A DNA stretch of 64,000 nucleotides from Candidatus Nealsonbacteria bacterium (GTDB lineage: Bacteria; Patescibacteriota; Minisyncoccia; Minisyncoccales; PWPS01), in contig PWKK01000023.1 of NCBI GenBank assembly GCA_003560665.1, positions 110,417 through 174,416 of the forward strand, read 5' to 3'. The notes under the pieces are model-generated. The model saw only the letters and a program-made list of their open reading frames with translations, was not told where the DNA came from and did not search any database. The translations under genes were made by a program, and so were the position numbers. The first letter of the stretch is position 1. The number at the start of each line of letters is the position of its first letter. Positions 1 through 9,623 of this stretch are shown piece by piece.

Positions 1-3000
1 AGACAAGTTAAAGAAGAAGCTAAGTTTTTTTGATGAGAGAGAGAATCAAATAAAATCCGAAAAGGAAAAAATCGAGGAAGAAGAAAAAAAGGAAGAAAAC
101 AAGGCGAGGAGAAGAGTAGTGGAAAAAAAGAGATGGGAAACGGAAGAAAGAAGAAGAGAGGTGGAAAAGAAAAAGTGGATAGTGGAAGATGAGTTAAGAA
201 AGGTTCATAAAGAGATTCGAGAAGCAGAGAAAAAGATTACAGAAAAGATAAAAGTTAGGGAGAAGAGGATAAACCTGTTTATCAGGAATCTTGTTTTTCA
301 GCTGGGAAGAGAAAAAGAAAGAGAATCGTTTTTAGAAAAGGAAATTGCTAAAGAAAAGAAATTAGAAAAGGAAAAAAGAAAGGAAGAAAGGCACGGAAAA
401 GAAGAGCAAAAAGAGAAAGAAGGCGAGGAGAAGGGGAAGAAAAAAAGTGAAGAAGAAAAGGAAAGTGTTCTGGAAAAAGAGAAAACTGAAGCGAGCTTAG
501 ATGAAAAAACACAGATTGATTTTATTAAAGAAAAAGTGAAAGAAGAGCACGAGAAGTTGGCGGCAAGAGAGAGATCACTGCGAGACAGGGAAAACAGAGA
601 AGAAGTAAGGAGAATGACAAAAGAACAACTTGAAGAGGAAAGAAGACAAAGAGATCTTATAAAAGACAGAGTAAGAGAAGAGCAGGAAAGAACTCTGAGA
701 GTACAAGAAGAGAAACCCTCTCCATACACTCCCCCTGAGCAACAGAAGCAAGAGATTAAAGAAGAGACCAAGGAAGAAAAAAAAGAAGAAAGAAAAGGAG
801 CACAAGAAGAGAAACCCTCTCCATACACTCCCCCTAAGCAACAGAAAGAAGAAAAAAAAGAAGCTTATTCTGAACCGAGGACGATTGTAAAAGAAATAAT
901 AAGAGAGAAAGATCCTGCAAAGGAAGATATCAGAAAGGAAATAGAGGAGGTGATGAAAGAGAAACAAAGACTGGCGGAGCAGCAAGAAGTTTACAACAAA
1001 AAGAAAGAGGAAGAGAGAGAGAAATACTTTCAAGAGGTGAAGAAAAAAGAAGATGAGATTAAAAACGAAACAAGAAAGCTTGAAGAGAGGGAAAAAGAAA
1101 CACAGAGCGATGAAGAGAGAGAGGAGATAAGGAGGAAAAAAGAAGAGATGAAGGATGAATTAAGGAAGCTGATACAGGAAGAAACCGAAGGAAAATGGGA
1201 AAAAAGATTTGCAGAGATAGAAAACAAGGTTGGGACAATAAACCAGAAATACACCGAACTGAACGAAAAGGAAAAACGGCTAAGAAACAAAGTTCAAGAG
1301 ATTGGGACTTGGGGACCTGAAAGCAGAAGAAAGAAAAAAGAGGAGGCATATGAATACAGAGCACTCTACAAATCACCCACTTCTATAAAAAGATTAGAAA
1401 AGGAGGAAGAAAAGGAAAAGGAAGAAAAGAAGGAAAAGAAGGAAAAGGATTCAAGCAAATTTCTTAAATCTCTTTCTTTAATAAAGTCTTTGAGGCCGAG
1501 TAAGGATTTTTTCTTGAAACAACCGATTTTAACAGCTATCGACATAAGTGATTACTCTATTGAGGTTTTTTCCATTAAAGAAAAAGGAGGAGGAAGTTTT
1601 TTTGGCAGATCTCTGCTTGAAGAAGGGGTTGTTTATAACGGAGAAATCAAAGATGAAAAAAAGCTGAAAAAAGCACTTGCCGATACACTGCAAAAGACAA
1701 AACTTGCTTCTCTAAAAAAACAGAAAGAAACAAGGGTTAAGGCGATACTTAGTTTACCGGAGTCGAAAGTTTTTATTCAACACTTCAAGGCTCAAGAGGA
1801 TGAAAATATTTTGGAAAAAGTAAGGGAAGAAATAGGAAAAAACATCCCGATTCACATTGAGGATCTTTATTTCCATTACCACACAATTTCTCTTTCAGAG
1901 AAAAAAGAAAAGAGAATTTTGTGCATAGCGGTACAGAAGAAAACAGTAAAAAAATATATCGATATACTGCGCTCCCTGGATATAGATCCTATTGTTTTTG
2001 ATTTAGAGGGAGCTTCTCTTGGAAGAGCACTGCTTTCCCCCGGAAAGGAGAATAAGAAAGAAAAAGAAAAGAAAAAAAGTGAAATGATTGTGGATATTGG
2101 GGCTCGCACAACTGTACTTAGTGTCTTTCGTGAAAGATCGCTTTCACTTTCAGTGAGCATTCCTTTTGGGGGAGCTTACTTTACGGAAAAAATATCCAAA
2201 GCATTAAATATTTCTGTGGAGGAGGCGGAAGGGAAAAAGAAAAGTTCCGGACTTAAAGGGGAAACCAGAGAAATCCTTATTGATGCATTAGAGAAAATAG
2301 TAAAAGAGATAAAAGAAGCTGAAAAACATTACAACCGAGAATTTGATAGCGAGATTAGTAATATAGTTCTTGCCGGAGGTTCTGCGCTGATACCGGGGGC
2401 ATTAGATTATTTCAAGGAAGAGCTTGGGGGTATTGTAGAAATCGGTAATCCTTTGAAAAAAGTAAAAGAAGTAAGAGAGATGAGACGAGAAGAGGGACTT
2501 CTTTATGCAAATGCTATTGGTCTTGCATTAAGGTCAAACGAGAAAGATCTGATAAGTAGCGGCTTTAATCTTCTTCCCGAAGAAATAAAGAAAAAAGAAA
2601 AAAGATACCAAAGGGAAAGAGAAGGTACAATTCGCCTAGTCGCTTTAATTTTTGCAATCGTAGGGATTGTCGCCCTTATATTTTCGTTGTATTATGCCTA
2701 TACACGTACCGTTGGGATGCCGCAAGAAAAAGAAGTAACGGTTCCTACTTCTTACGATGAAGTGGGTGGGATTGTCTCTGTTTACAATAATCCTGAAGGA
2801 GAGGAGGTAATAAAAACGATTTCTCGAGACGATAATTATGAAATAATACATCAAGTGGGAGACTGGACGTTGATTGAGGTGAATGATACAAGGGGATGGA
2901 TTCGCCGGGAAGAACATTCCAGAGAAGAGGTAACACCCGCCCCTTCCGAATTCACAGAAGAAGCGGTTTCCGTTTATGAAAACCCCATAGGAGAAGAAAT

Positions 3001-3112
3001 AATAACGACCATTGACTTCAATGAAGACTATGAAATACTGCGTCAAGTGGGAGACTGGACGTTGATTGAGGTAGGTGATATTATGGGATGGATTCATAAC
3101 GAAGATATCTGA
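1..3112 (+). CDS. pilM: Large fusion: K/E-rich coiled coil + type IV pilus assembly ATPase-fold PilM + PilN-like NLLP motif + TM + two SH3b-like repeats (5' end outside window)
   Basis: Frame is open from position 2. Actin-fold PilM motifs AIDISDYSI, IVDIGARTT, IVLAGGSALIPG, YANAIGLAL; then FNLLP, a TM helix, and two repeats ending GDWTLIEV..GWI. Confidence 0.85.
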   Translation, partial: DKLKKKLSFFDERENQIKSEKEKIEEEEKKEENKARRRVVEKKRWETEERRREVEKKKWIVEDELRKVHKEIREAEKKITEKIKVREKRINLFIRNLVFQLGREKERESFLEKEIAKEKKLEKEKRKEERHGKEEQKEKEGEEKGKKKSEEEKESVLEKEKTEASLDEKTQIDFIKEKVKEEHEKLAARERSLRDRENREEVRRMTKEQLEEERRQRDLIKDRVREEQERTLRVQEEKPSPYTPPEQQKQEIKEETKEEKKEERKGAQEEKPSPYTPPKQQKEEKKEAYSEPRTIVKEIIREKDPAKEDIRKEIEEVMKEKQRLAEQQEVYNKKKEEEREKYFQEVKKKEDEIKNETRKLEEREKETQSDEEREEIRRKKEEMKDELRKLIQEETEGKWEKRFAEIENKVGTINQKYTELNEKEKRLRNKVQEIGTWGPESRRKKKEEAYEYRALYKSPTSIKRLEKEEEKEKEEKKEKKEKDSSKFLKSLSLIKSLRPSKDFFLKQPILTAIDISDYSIEVFSIKEKGGGSFFGRSLLEEGVVYNGEIKDEKKLKKALADTLQKTKLASLKKQKETRVKAILSLPESKVFIQHFKAQEDENILEKVREEIGKNIPIHIEDLYFHYHTISLSEKKEKRILCIAVQKKTVKKYIDILRSLDIDPIVFDLEGASLGRALLSPGKENKKEKEKKKSEMIVDIGARTTVLSVFRERSLSLSVSIPFGGAYFTEKISKALNISVEEAEGKKKSSGLKGETREILIDALEKIVKEIKEAEKHYNREFDSEISNIVLAGGSALIPGALDYFKEELGGIVEIGNPLKKVKEVREMRREEGLLYANAIGLALRSNEKDLISSGFNLLPEEIKKKEKRYQREREGTIRLVALIFAIVGIVALIFSLYYAYTRTVGMPQEKEVTVPTSYDEVGGIVSVYNNPEGEEVIKTISRDDNYEIIHQVGDWTLIEVNDTRGWIRREEHSREEVTPAPSEFTEEAVSVYENPIGEEIITTIDFNEDYEILRQVGDWTLIEVGDIMGWIHNEDI
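703..846 (+). repeat. ~45-bp direct repeat (703-747 and 802-846) encoding QEEKPSPYTPP(E/K)QQK
   Basis: acaagaagagaaaccctctccatacactccccct occurs twice. Confidence 0.9.
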
Positions 3113-3144
3113 AAAAAACGTAGACAAAATTATTTTTCTGAAAA

Positions 3145-3684
3145 ATGATTGCAAAAAAAAGAGACAATCAAGCTTTTATTCGGGGATTTTCCTCGAGGAA
3201 ACAAAAATACGGTTTGCTTTCTTCTAAAAGTAGAAATTCCACGGGGTTTACCTTGATTGAACTGCTGATTGTTATCGGTATTATATCCATTATTGCGGCC
3301 GCAATAATCGTTGCCATTTCCCCGGGGGAAAAGATGGGTTCTGCAAGAGAATCAACAAGAGCCGCACACTTTAGTGCGATAGGGCCTGCTTTTTATTCAA
3401 CAATGATGGAAAATAACGGGCTTGATAGTATTGCAGAGATATTGGAAGAAGCTGATTGTAATGGTGATGATGGAGACACATCTACATCTCTTTCTTGGGA
3501 TTCTGCTCGTGATTTTACCGATAATTGCGCAGGTTTAATTGGTTTAGGTTCTGCACCGGAGGATCCAGAAGAAACTGCGAGTTACAGAGTAAGAGCTACC
3601 TCCGGAGACATTGCCGGGCGTTTGTTGATTTATACGACCGCCACTGGAAGTGAGTGGCAGGAGGGAAATCCGGCAATTTACTGA
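3145..3684 (+). CDS. Type IV pilin-like protein
   Basis: Class III signal peptide G|FTLIELLIVIGII with E5; Cys pair. Confidence 0.9.
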   Translation: MIAKKRDNQAFIRGFSSRKQKYGLLSSKSRNSTGFTLIELLIVIGIISIIAAAIIVAISPGEKMGSARESTRAAHFSAIGPAFYSTMMENNGLDSIAEILEEADCNGDDGDTSTSLSWDSARDFTDNCAGLIGLGSAPEDPEETASYRVRATSGDIAGRLLIYTTATGSEWQEGNPAIY

Positions 3685-3698
3685 AAGTTTTTAAAAAC

Positions 3699-3726
3699 TT
3701 GACTAAAAAAAACAAATTGGTAGAAT
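3699..3726 (+). promoter_or_regulatory. Sigma70-type promoter for pilins 2 and 3
   Basis: TTGACT-16 bp-TAGAAT with extended -10 TG. Confidence 0.6.
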
Positions 3727-3777
3727 TATTACAATATTATAATAAAAAAATGGTCGATTATTTAAGCAAACAAAAAA

Positions 3778-4128
3778 ATGAAAACAAAAATTAAGAAAGA
3801 AGATGGTTTTACGCTTATCGAACTCCTTTTGGTTATCGGTATTATCGCTGTTCTTGCAGCCGCAATAATCGTTGCCATTGCCCCCGGTGAGCAGATTTCT
3901 GAAGCACGTAGTGCAACAGAGGCCTCGCAGGCCTCTTCGATTGCAACATCGATGTGGGCGTGTTCCCTCGATGGAGGAACGAATGAAGAGTGCGGTCAAT
4001 TTACTAATCTTGATTTGCCGACACCAAATCATCCGGATCCCGAGCATGATTGGTTAGATACTGATATCAGTATGGACACAGGTAGACCGGTGATACAGAG
4101 TCAGTACGGAGATGCCTACGAGTTTTAA
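3778..4128 (+). CDS. Type IV pilin (candidate major pilin)
   Basis: G|FTLIELLLVIGIIAVLAAAII; short acidic head with Cys pair. Confidence 0.92.
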   Translation: MKTKIKKEDGFTLIELLLVIGIIAVLAAAIIVAIAPGEQISEARSATEASQASSIATSMWACSLDGGTNEECGQFTNLDLPTPNHPDPEHDWLDTDISMDTGRPVIQSQYGDAYEF

Positions 4129-4203
4129 TTTGTAAAAAAGGAGTGATACAGGAAAGGCGTCTACGAAAATCAAACAGAGTAGCTTTTTAGATAAACAATA
4201 ATT

Positions 4204-4536
4204 ATGAAAATAAGGTATAAAAGTGAAGGTTTTACGCTTATCGAACTCCTTTTGGTTATCGGTATTATCGCCGTTCTTGCAGCCGCAATAATCGTTGCCA
4301 TTTCCCCCGGAGAACAGCTTGAGGATGCGCGTAGTGCGCGAGAGGCCGCGCAAGCTTCTTCTATCGCAATGTCTATGTGGGAGTGTAGGATGGAAACAGA
4401 GGGCACCTTTAATTATGACACGCAGTGCCAGACATTTGCCGCTATTAATATACCGAACCCCGATACCGATGTCTGGGGTGATGAAGACCTTGAATGGGAA
4501 AATGAAAGGCCGAAGGTTGGTGACTACACCTTTTGA
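4204..4536 (+). CDS. Type IV pilin, paralog of 3778-4128
   Basis: Same N-terminal helix; divergent acidic head. Confidence 0.92.
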   Translation: MKIRYKSEGFTLIELLLVIGIIAVLAAAIIVAISPGEQLEDARSAREAAQASSIAMSMWECRMETEGTFNYDTQCQTFAAINIPNPDTDVWGDEDLEWENERPKVGDYTF

Positions 4537-4656
4537 TCTCTAGAAAAAAGAAGAAAGTGTAGTTAAAAATAAAGAAATCGTATTTTTCTCTGAGCTTGAT
4601 AAAAAAACAACCCTCATTCTTTTTACATAATTGCTTTTTTGTGGTAGAGTTTTTTT

Positions 4657-5466
4657 ATGTTCTTCGATACTCACGCACATCTTAACTTTAAAGATTACGA
4701 TAAGGACAGAGAAAACGTTATCGGAAACTCCTTGAAAAAGGAGTTTTTTCTGATTAATGTCGGAACAGACATAGGAGAAAGTGAAAAAGTAGTGGAGATA
4801 GCAGATTCATACAGAGAAGGCGTTTACGCATCCGTTGGCCTTCACCCTCTTCATATCGAGAAGGATTTTACACCGGAAGAGTATAAGAGTTTAGCAAAGA
4901 ACAAAAAAGTAGTGGCAATAGGAGAAACGGGCCTCGATTATAAATATATTTTAAAGGACAGGGAAGAAAGAAAAGAAAAGGTAAAGCGAATCCAGAAAAC
5001 AATTTTTGAAAAACAAATTGATTTGTCAAGCGAACTTGAGCTGCCCCTCATTTTGCACTGTCGAATGGCGCATGACGACCTCATTGAAATTCTAAGGCAA
5101 AAGCTACAAAACATAAAAAAAGGAAAAAGCGAGGAACAGAAAACACAAAAAATTGGGGTGGTTCACTGTTTTTCGGGGAACCTACAACAAGCGAAAGAGT
5201 ATATGGATTTAGGATTTTTTCTTGGAATTAACGGAATAATTTTCAAGCTTGATATGAGTAAAGTTATCAAAGAAATCCCGCTCGAGAAGATTCTTTTAGA
5301 GACAGACTGTCCTTTTCTTGTTCCTCCCGAGGCAGGAGTAGAGAGGAACGAGCCACTTTTTGTAAGATACGTTGCAAGAGAGGTAGCAAGAGTGAAAAGA
5401 GTAAGCGAAGAAGATGTAGCGAGAACAACAACAAAAAACGCCAAAAACCTTTTTAGCATAAGTTAA
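4657..5466 (+). CDS. tatD: TatD family nuclease
   Basis: DTHAHL, IGETGLDY, LILHCR, VVHCFSG, LETDCP. Confidence 0.95.
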   Translation: MFFDTHAHLNFKDYDKDRENVIGNSLKKEFFLINVGTDIGESEKVVEIADSYREGVYASVGLHPLHIEKDFTPEEYKSLAKNKKVVAIGETGLDYKYILKDREERKEKVKRIQKTIFEKQIDLSSELELPLILHCRMAHDDLIEILRQKLQNIKKGKSEEQKTQKIGVVHCFSGNLQQAKEYMDLGFFLGINGIIFKLDMSKVIKEIPLEKILLETDCPFLVPPEAGVERNEPLFVRYVAREVARVKRVSEEDVARTTTKNAKNLFSIS

Positions 5467-5529
5467 TACTATTTATGAGATGCCCTACCTTATTGGACAA
5501 AGGGGCTTTTTTTTTGTAAAATAATTCTT

Positions 5530-7944
5530 ATGGAAAAATATAATCCAACTAAAGTAGAAAAGAAGTGGCAGAAGTATTGGGAGCGGAAAAAAGTGTTTAA
5601 AACCGAAGAAAAATCTACCAAAAAGAAGTTTTATTGCCTTGACATGTTTCCCTATCCTTCGGGGGAGGGTTTACATGTCGGTCATCCGCGAGGATACGTA
5701 GCAACAGACACTTTTTCTCACTTTAAAAGAATGAGAGGTTATAATGTTTTACATCCCATGGGGTGGGATGCTTTCGGATTGCCGGCGGAAAACTATGCTA
5801 TCAAAACGGGAATTCATCCGAAAATTACGGTTGAGGAAAACATAAAACACTTTAAAGAGCAGCTGAAATCCATTGGTTTTTCCTATGATTGGAGTAGGGA
5901 GATAAACACCACCGATGAAGAGTATTTCAAGTGGACACAGTGGATATTTATCAAGCTTTTTGAAAGAGGACTTGCCTATGAAGACACAAGACCTATCAAC
6001 TGGTGTCCGAGCTGTAAAACGGGACTTGCCAACGAGGAAGTCGTAAACGGGCTTTGTGACAGGTGTGATTTTCAGGTAGAAAAAAAGGATATCAGACAGT
6101 GGGTTTTAAGAATAACAGAGTATGCGGACAGATTATTGGAAGATATTGGGGAGGTTGACTGGCCCGAGCCGATCAAAGAGATGCAAAGAAACTGGATTGG
6201 AAGGTCCGAGGGAGGAGATGTGCAGTTTTCCGTGAAAGATACCGAGGAGGTTATTGAAGTTTTTACAACAAGGCCCGATACACTTTTTGGAGCCACTTTT
6301 TTGGTTCTTGCTCCCGAGCACAGATTGGTAAAAAAAATCTTGAACCGAGAGATAAAGGTAGACAACGTGAAAGAAGTAGCGGATTACGAGAAAAAAGCAC
6401 GTAAAAAATCTGATTTGGAGAGGACGGATCTTGCAAAAAAGAAGACAGGAGTGGAGATAAAGGGAGTTAAGGCGGTAAATCCGATAAACAATGAAGAGAT
6501 TCCGATCTGGGTGGCAGATTATGTTTTAGGCTTTTACGGAAAGGGAGGGATTATGTCGGTTCCGGCTCATGATGAGAGAGATTACGAGATGGCGGAAAAG
6601 TATAATTTAGAGATTAGAAGAGTAATTAATGGAGGCGATCTCCCTTATTTGGAAGAAGGAGAGATGGTAAACTCAGGAGAGTTTACGGGGCTTTGCTCGA
6701 AAAAAGGAAAGAAAGATGTTTTAAATAAACTAATAGAACTAAAAAAAGGAGAAAAGACGGTTAACTACAAACTTGGTGATTGGGTTTTTTCAAGACAAAG
6801 ATATTGGGGAGAGCCGATTCCCGTTGTTCACTGCAAAGCGTGTGGAATAGTTCCGTTAAAAGAAAAAGATCTTCCTCTGAAACTTCCGGAAACAGAGCAC
6901 TATGAGCCGACCGGGACGGGAGAGTCTCCTCTTGCAAAGATAGAAGAGTTTGTGAATACAATCTGTCCTAAATGTAACGAAAAAGCAAAAAGAGAGACAA
7001 ACACTATGCCTCAGTGGGCTGGTTCTTGCTGGTATTATCTCGCCTTTATTATGAAGGAAGAATCGGAAAAGTTAGAGTTTCCTATTTCTCGTTACAAAGA
7101 GAGCTTTCGAAAATGGCTTCCCGTTGATTTGTATGTAGGAGGAGCGGAACATGCCGTCTTGCACTTGCTTTATGCTCGCTTTTGGCACAAGTTCTTATAC
7201 GATATCGGTGTTGTTTCCACAAAAGAGCCTTTTTACCGATTGAAAAATCAAGGTTTGATTATGGGCGAGGGAGGGATTAAAATGTCCAAATCAAAAGGAA
7301 ACGTTATTTCGCCCGATGAAGTGGTAGAGAATTACGGAGCAGATGTTTTAAGGCTTTACGAGATGTTTTTGGGAGGCTTTGAGGATAAGGTTGCCTGGAG
7401 TGAGAAAGGAGTAAGCGGAATGAAAAGGTTTTTGGACAAAATTAACGAAAACGCTAAAAAAACAGGAGACAGTAGTGTGAAAGATTTGGACCCTCTACTC
7501 CATCAGACAATTAAAAAAGCTACCGAAGACATTGAAAGTTTTAAGTTTAATACGGCGATAAGTAGTTTGATGAACCTAAATAACGAGATGAAAAGACTTG
7601 ATGTTGTTCCAAAAGAAGCTTTTACCGTTTTCATAAAACTCTTGGCTCCTTTTGCCCCGCATTTTGCAGAAGAGATGTGGGAGAAGATTGGGAAAGAACC
7701 TTCTGTTTTCGGTGAGCTTTGGCCGGAGTTTAGTGAAAAACTGATTAAAGAGAAAAAGATCAATATTGTTTTTCAAGTTGACGGAAAAGTCAGGGACACG
7801 AAAACGGTTTTTTCCGGAATTGATAAAAAAGAAATGAAAAAAATGGCACTTGAAAACGAACGGGTAAAAAAATGGAAGATTGGTAAAAAAATAAAAAAAG
7901 TGGTAATAATTAAAGACAAGTTATTAAACATCGTAACAGAATAA
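5530..7944 (+). CDS. leuS: Leucine--tRNA ligase
   Basis: MFPYPSGEGLHVGH, KMSKS, CP1 editing motifs. Confidence 0.97.
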   Translation: MEKYNPTKVEKKWQKYWERKKVFKTEEKSTKKKFYCLDMFPYPSGEGLHVGHPRGYVATDTFSHFKRMRGYNVLHPMGWDAFGLPAENYAIKTGIHPKITVEENIKHFKEQLKSIGFSYDWSREINTTDEEYFKWTQWIFIKLFERGLAYEDTRPINWCPSCKTGLANEEVVNGLCDRCDFQVEKKDIRQWVLRITEYADRLLEDIGEVDWPEPIKEMQRNWIGRSEGGDVQFSVKDTEEVIEVFTTRPDTLFGATFLVLAPEHRLVKKILNREIKVDNVKEVADYEKKARKKSDLERTDLAKKKTGVEIKGVKAVNPINNEEIPIWVADYVLGFYGKGGIMSVPAHDERDYEMAEKYNLEIRRVINGGDLPYLEEGEMVNSGEFTGLCSKKGKKDVLNKLIELKKGEKTVNYKLGDWVFSRQRYWGEPIPVVHCKACGIVPLKEKDLPLKLPETEHYEPTGTGESPLAKIEEFVNTICPKCNEKAKRETNTMPQWAGSCWYYLAFIMKEESEKLEFPISRYKESFRKWLPVDLYVGGAEHAVLHLLYARFWHKFLYDIGVVSTKEPFYRLKNQGLIMGEGGIKMSKSKGNVISPDEVVENYGADVLRLYEMFLGGFEDKVAWSEKGVSGMKRFLDKINENAKKTGDSSVKDLDPLLHQTIKKATEDIESFKFNTAISSLMNLNNEMKRLDVVPKEAFTVFIKLLAPFAPHFAEEMWEKIGKEPSVFGELWPEFSEKLIKEKKINIVFQVDGKVRDTKTVFSGIDKKEMKKMALENERVKKWKIGKKIKKVVIIKDKLLNIVTE

Positions 7945-7949
7945 AACAT

Positions 7950-9599
7950 ATGGGTAACAATCTAGGGGATTTACAAATAATAATCGGAGGTGCTGCCGGA
8001 GAAGGATCAAAAAAGGCGGGACTTTTGATCGGCAAGCTTTTTAACTCTTACGGATTTCGTGTTTTTATTCATGAAGATTACGAGTCCGTTATTAAAGGAG
8101 GGCACAACTTTTCACAAATTTCCGTGTCGAGAGAGTGTAAGGACGTGATAGAGGAAAAAATAGATTTTCTTTTGGCGTTAAACAAGGAAGCGGTCTTAAA
8201 ACACAAAGAAAAACTGAAAAAAGAAGGGGTTTTAATATATGATTTCGGAGCGATAGACGAAGATTTTTCCGAAGAAGGTGGTAGCGTGATAAAAATCCCC
8301 CTTAAAGAGATCGTTGATGAAGCGGAAGGAATTCCCTTAATGAAAAACACGGCTCTTGTTTCCGCTTTTTCAAAAATCATTGGAATGGAGTGGGATAGAG
8401 TAAGCGAAGTTTTAAAAAGAGAGCTTCCGGTAGCAACAGAAAAAAACCTGGAGGTGGCAGAAGTTGCTTTTGAAAAAACAGAAAAAATAGAAGAGGTAGA
8501 AGAAGGGGGAGGGAATCAACCACTTCCCCTTCTTTCCGGAAACCAGGCCGTTGCTATGGGAGCACTTGAAGCGGGACTGGAGTGCTATTACGCCTATCCG
8601 ATGACACCGTCAACAGGTGTTTTACAATTTCTCGCAAAGGTAGAAGGAGTAAGGACGTTCCAACCCGAAAGCGAAATTGCTGTAGTCAATGCCGCTTTGG
8701 GGTCCGCCTATGCGGGGAAGAGAACGATGATAGGAAGCTCGGGAGGAGGATTTGCGTTAATGACAGAAGGAATCAGTTTTTCTGCACAATCGGAAATACC
8801 ACTTTGTGTTGTTTTAAGTCAGAGAATGGGCCCTGCGACAGGAGTTCCAACGTATCAGGCACAGGCAGATTTGTTGTTTGCACTTAATGCGGGACATGGA
8901 GATATGATGCGCTTTGTGGTTGCCCCGGGAGATGCCGATGAAGCTTACTATCTTGCCAACAAAGCACTAAATATTGCATGGAAGTACCAGATGCCGGCGA
9001 TTATTTTACTCGATAAAGAATTGTCGGAAAACACATACGGAGTAAAAAAAGATTTTGATTTAGAAAAAGAAGAGATTGTAAGGGAAGAGAAGGGTGAAGA
9101 TTATAATCGGTATGAGGGAGAGGACGTCTCCCCCCTTATTTTTCCGGGAGGTGAGGCAACGGTAAAAGTTACCGGGTATGAACACGACAAGAAAGGAGTT
9201 GCCACGGAAAAAGCTGAAGAGATAAAAGCGATGCACGAAAAAAGGATACGCAAGTACGAAAAATTAAAAGAGGAACTAAGGGAAGAGGAGACAGTTAAAA
9301 CTTATAAAGAGGGGAGTACGGCTATTATTTTTTGGGGGTCAACCAAAGGAACGGTATTGGAAGCGACAAAGGAGATGGACGTTAAACTCATTCAACCCTT
9401 AGTTGTCCAACCCTTCCCGGAGGAAAAAATAAAAGAAGCCCTCAGAGAGACAGAAAGAGTTGTTTGCGTGGAAGCGAACGCAACCGGACAGATGACAAAA
9501 GTCTTAAAAGAGAAAGGGGTCTTTGTGGATAAAAAAATATTAAAGTATGATGGAAGACCGTTTACGGTGGAGGAGTTAAGAAAGGAGTTAGAAAAATAG
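7950..9599 (+). CDS. 2-oxoacid:ferredoxin oxidoreductase alpha subunit (gamma-alpha fusion)
   Basis: GGAAGEG, IKGGHN, AYPMTPS, QRMGPATG. Confidence 0.93.
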   Translation: MGNNLGDLQIIIGGAAGEGSKKAGLLIGKLFNSYGFRVFIHEDYESVIKGGHNFSQISVSRECKDVIEEKIDFLLALNKEAVLKHKEKLKKEGVLIYDFGAIDEDFSEEGGSVIKIPLKEIVDEAEGIPLMKNTALVSAFSKIIGMEWDRVSEVLKRELPVATEKNLEVAEVAFEKTEKIEEVEEGGGNQPLPLLSGNQAVAMGALEAGLECYYAYPMTPSTGVLQFLAKVEGVRTFQPESEIAVVNAALGSAYAGKRTMIGSSGGGFALMTEGISFSAQSEIPLCVVLSQRMGPATGVPTYQAQADLLFALNAGHGDMMRFVVAPGDADEAYYLANKALNIAWKYQMPAIILLDKELSENTYGVKKDFDLEKEEIVREEKGEDYNRYEGEDVSPLIFPGGEATVKVTGYEHDKKGVATEKAEEIKAMHEKRIRKYEKLKEELREEETVKTYKEGSTAIIFWGSTKGTVLEATKEMDVKLIQPLVVQPFPEEKIKEALRETERVVCVEANATGQMTKVLKEKGVFVDKKILKYDGRPFTVEELRKELEK

Positions 9600-9623
9600 T
9601 TTAAAATTTAAAAAAACAATAAT

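Noticed and set aside
298-3154. Long minus-strand Phe/Ser/Leu-rich ORFs, and similar antisense ORFs across the window
   Set aside because: They are shadows of purine-rich sense genes and carry no recognisable motifs
4130-4160. GATACAGGAA(A/G)GGC shared with 17462-17475
   Set aside because: Only two short purine-rich copies in unrelated contexts; compatible with chance
3145-4536. Diversity-generating retroelement or shufflon acting on the pilins
   Set aside because: No reverse transcriptase, no TR/VR pair with adenine-specific mismatches, no recombinase and no inverted cassettes in the window
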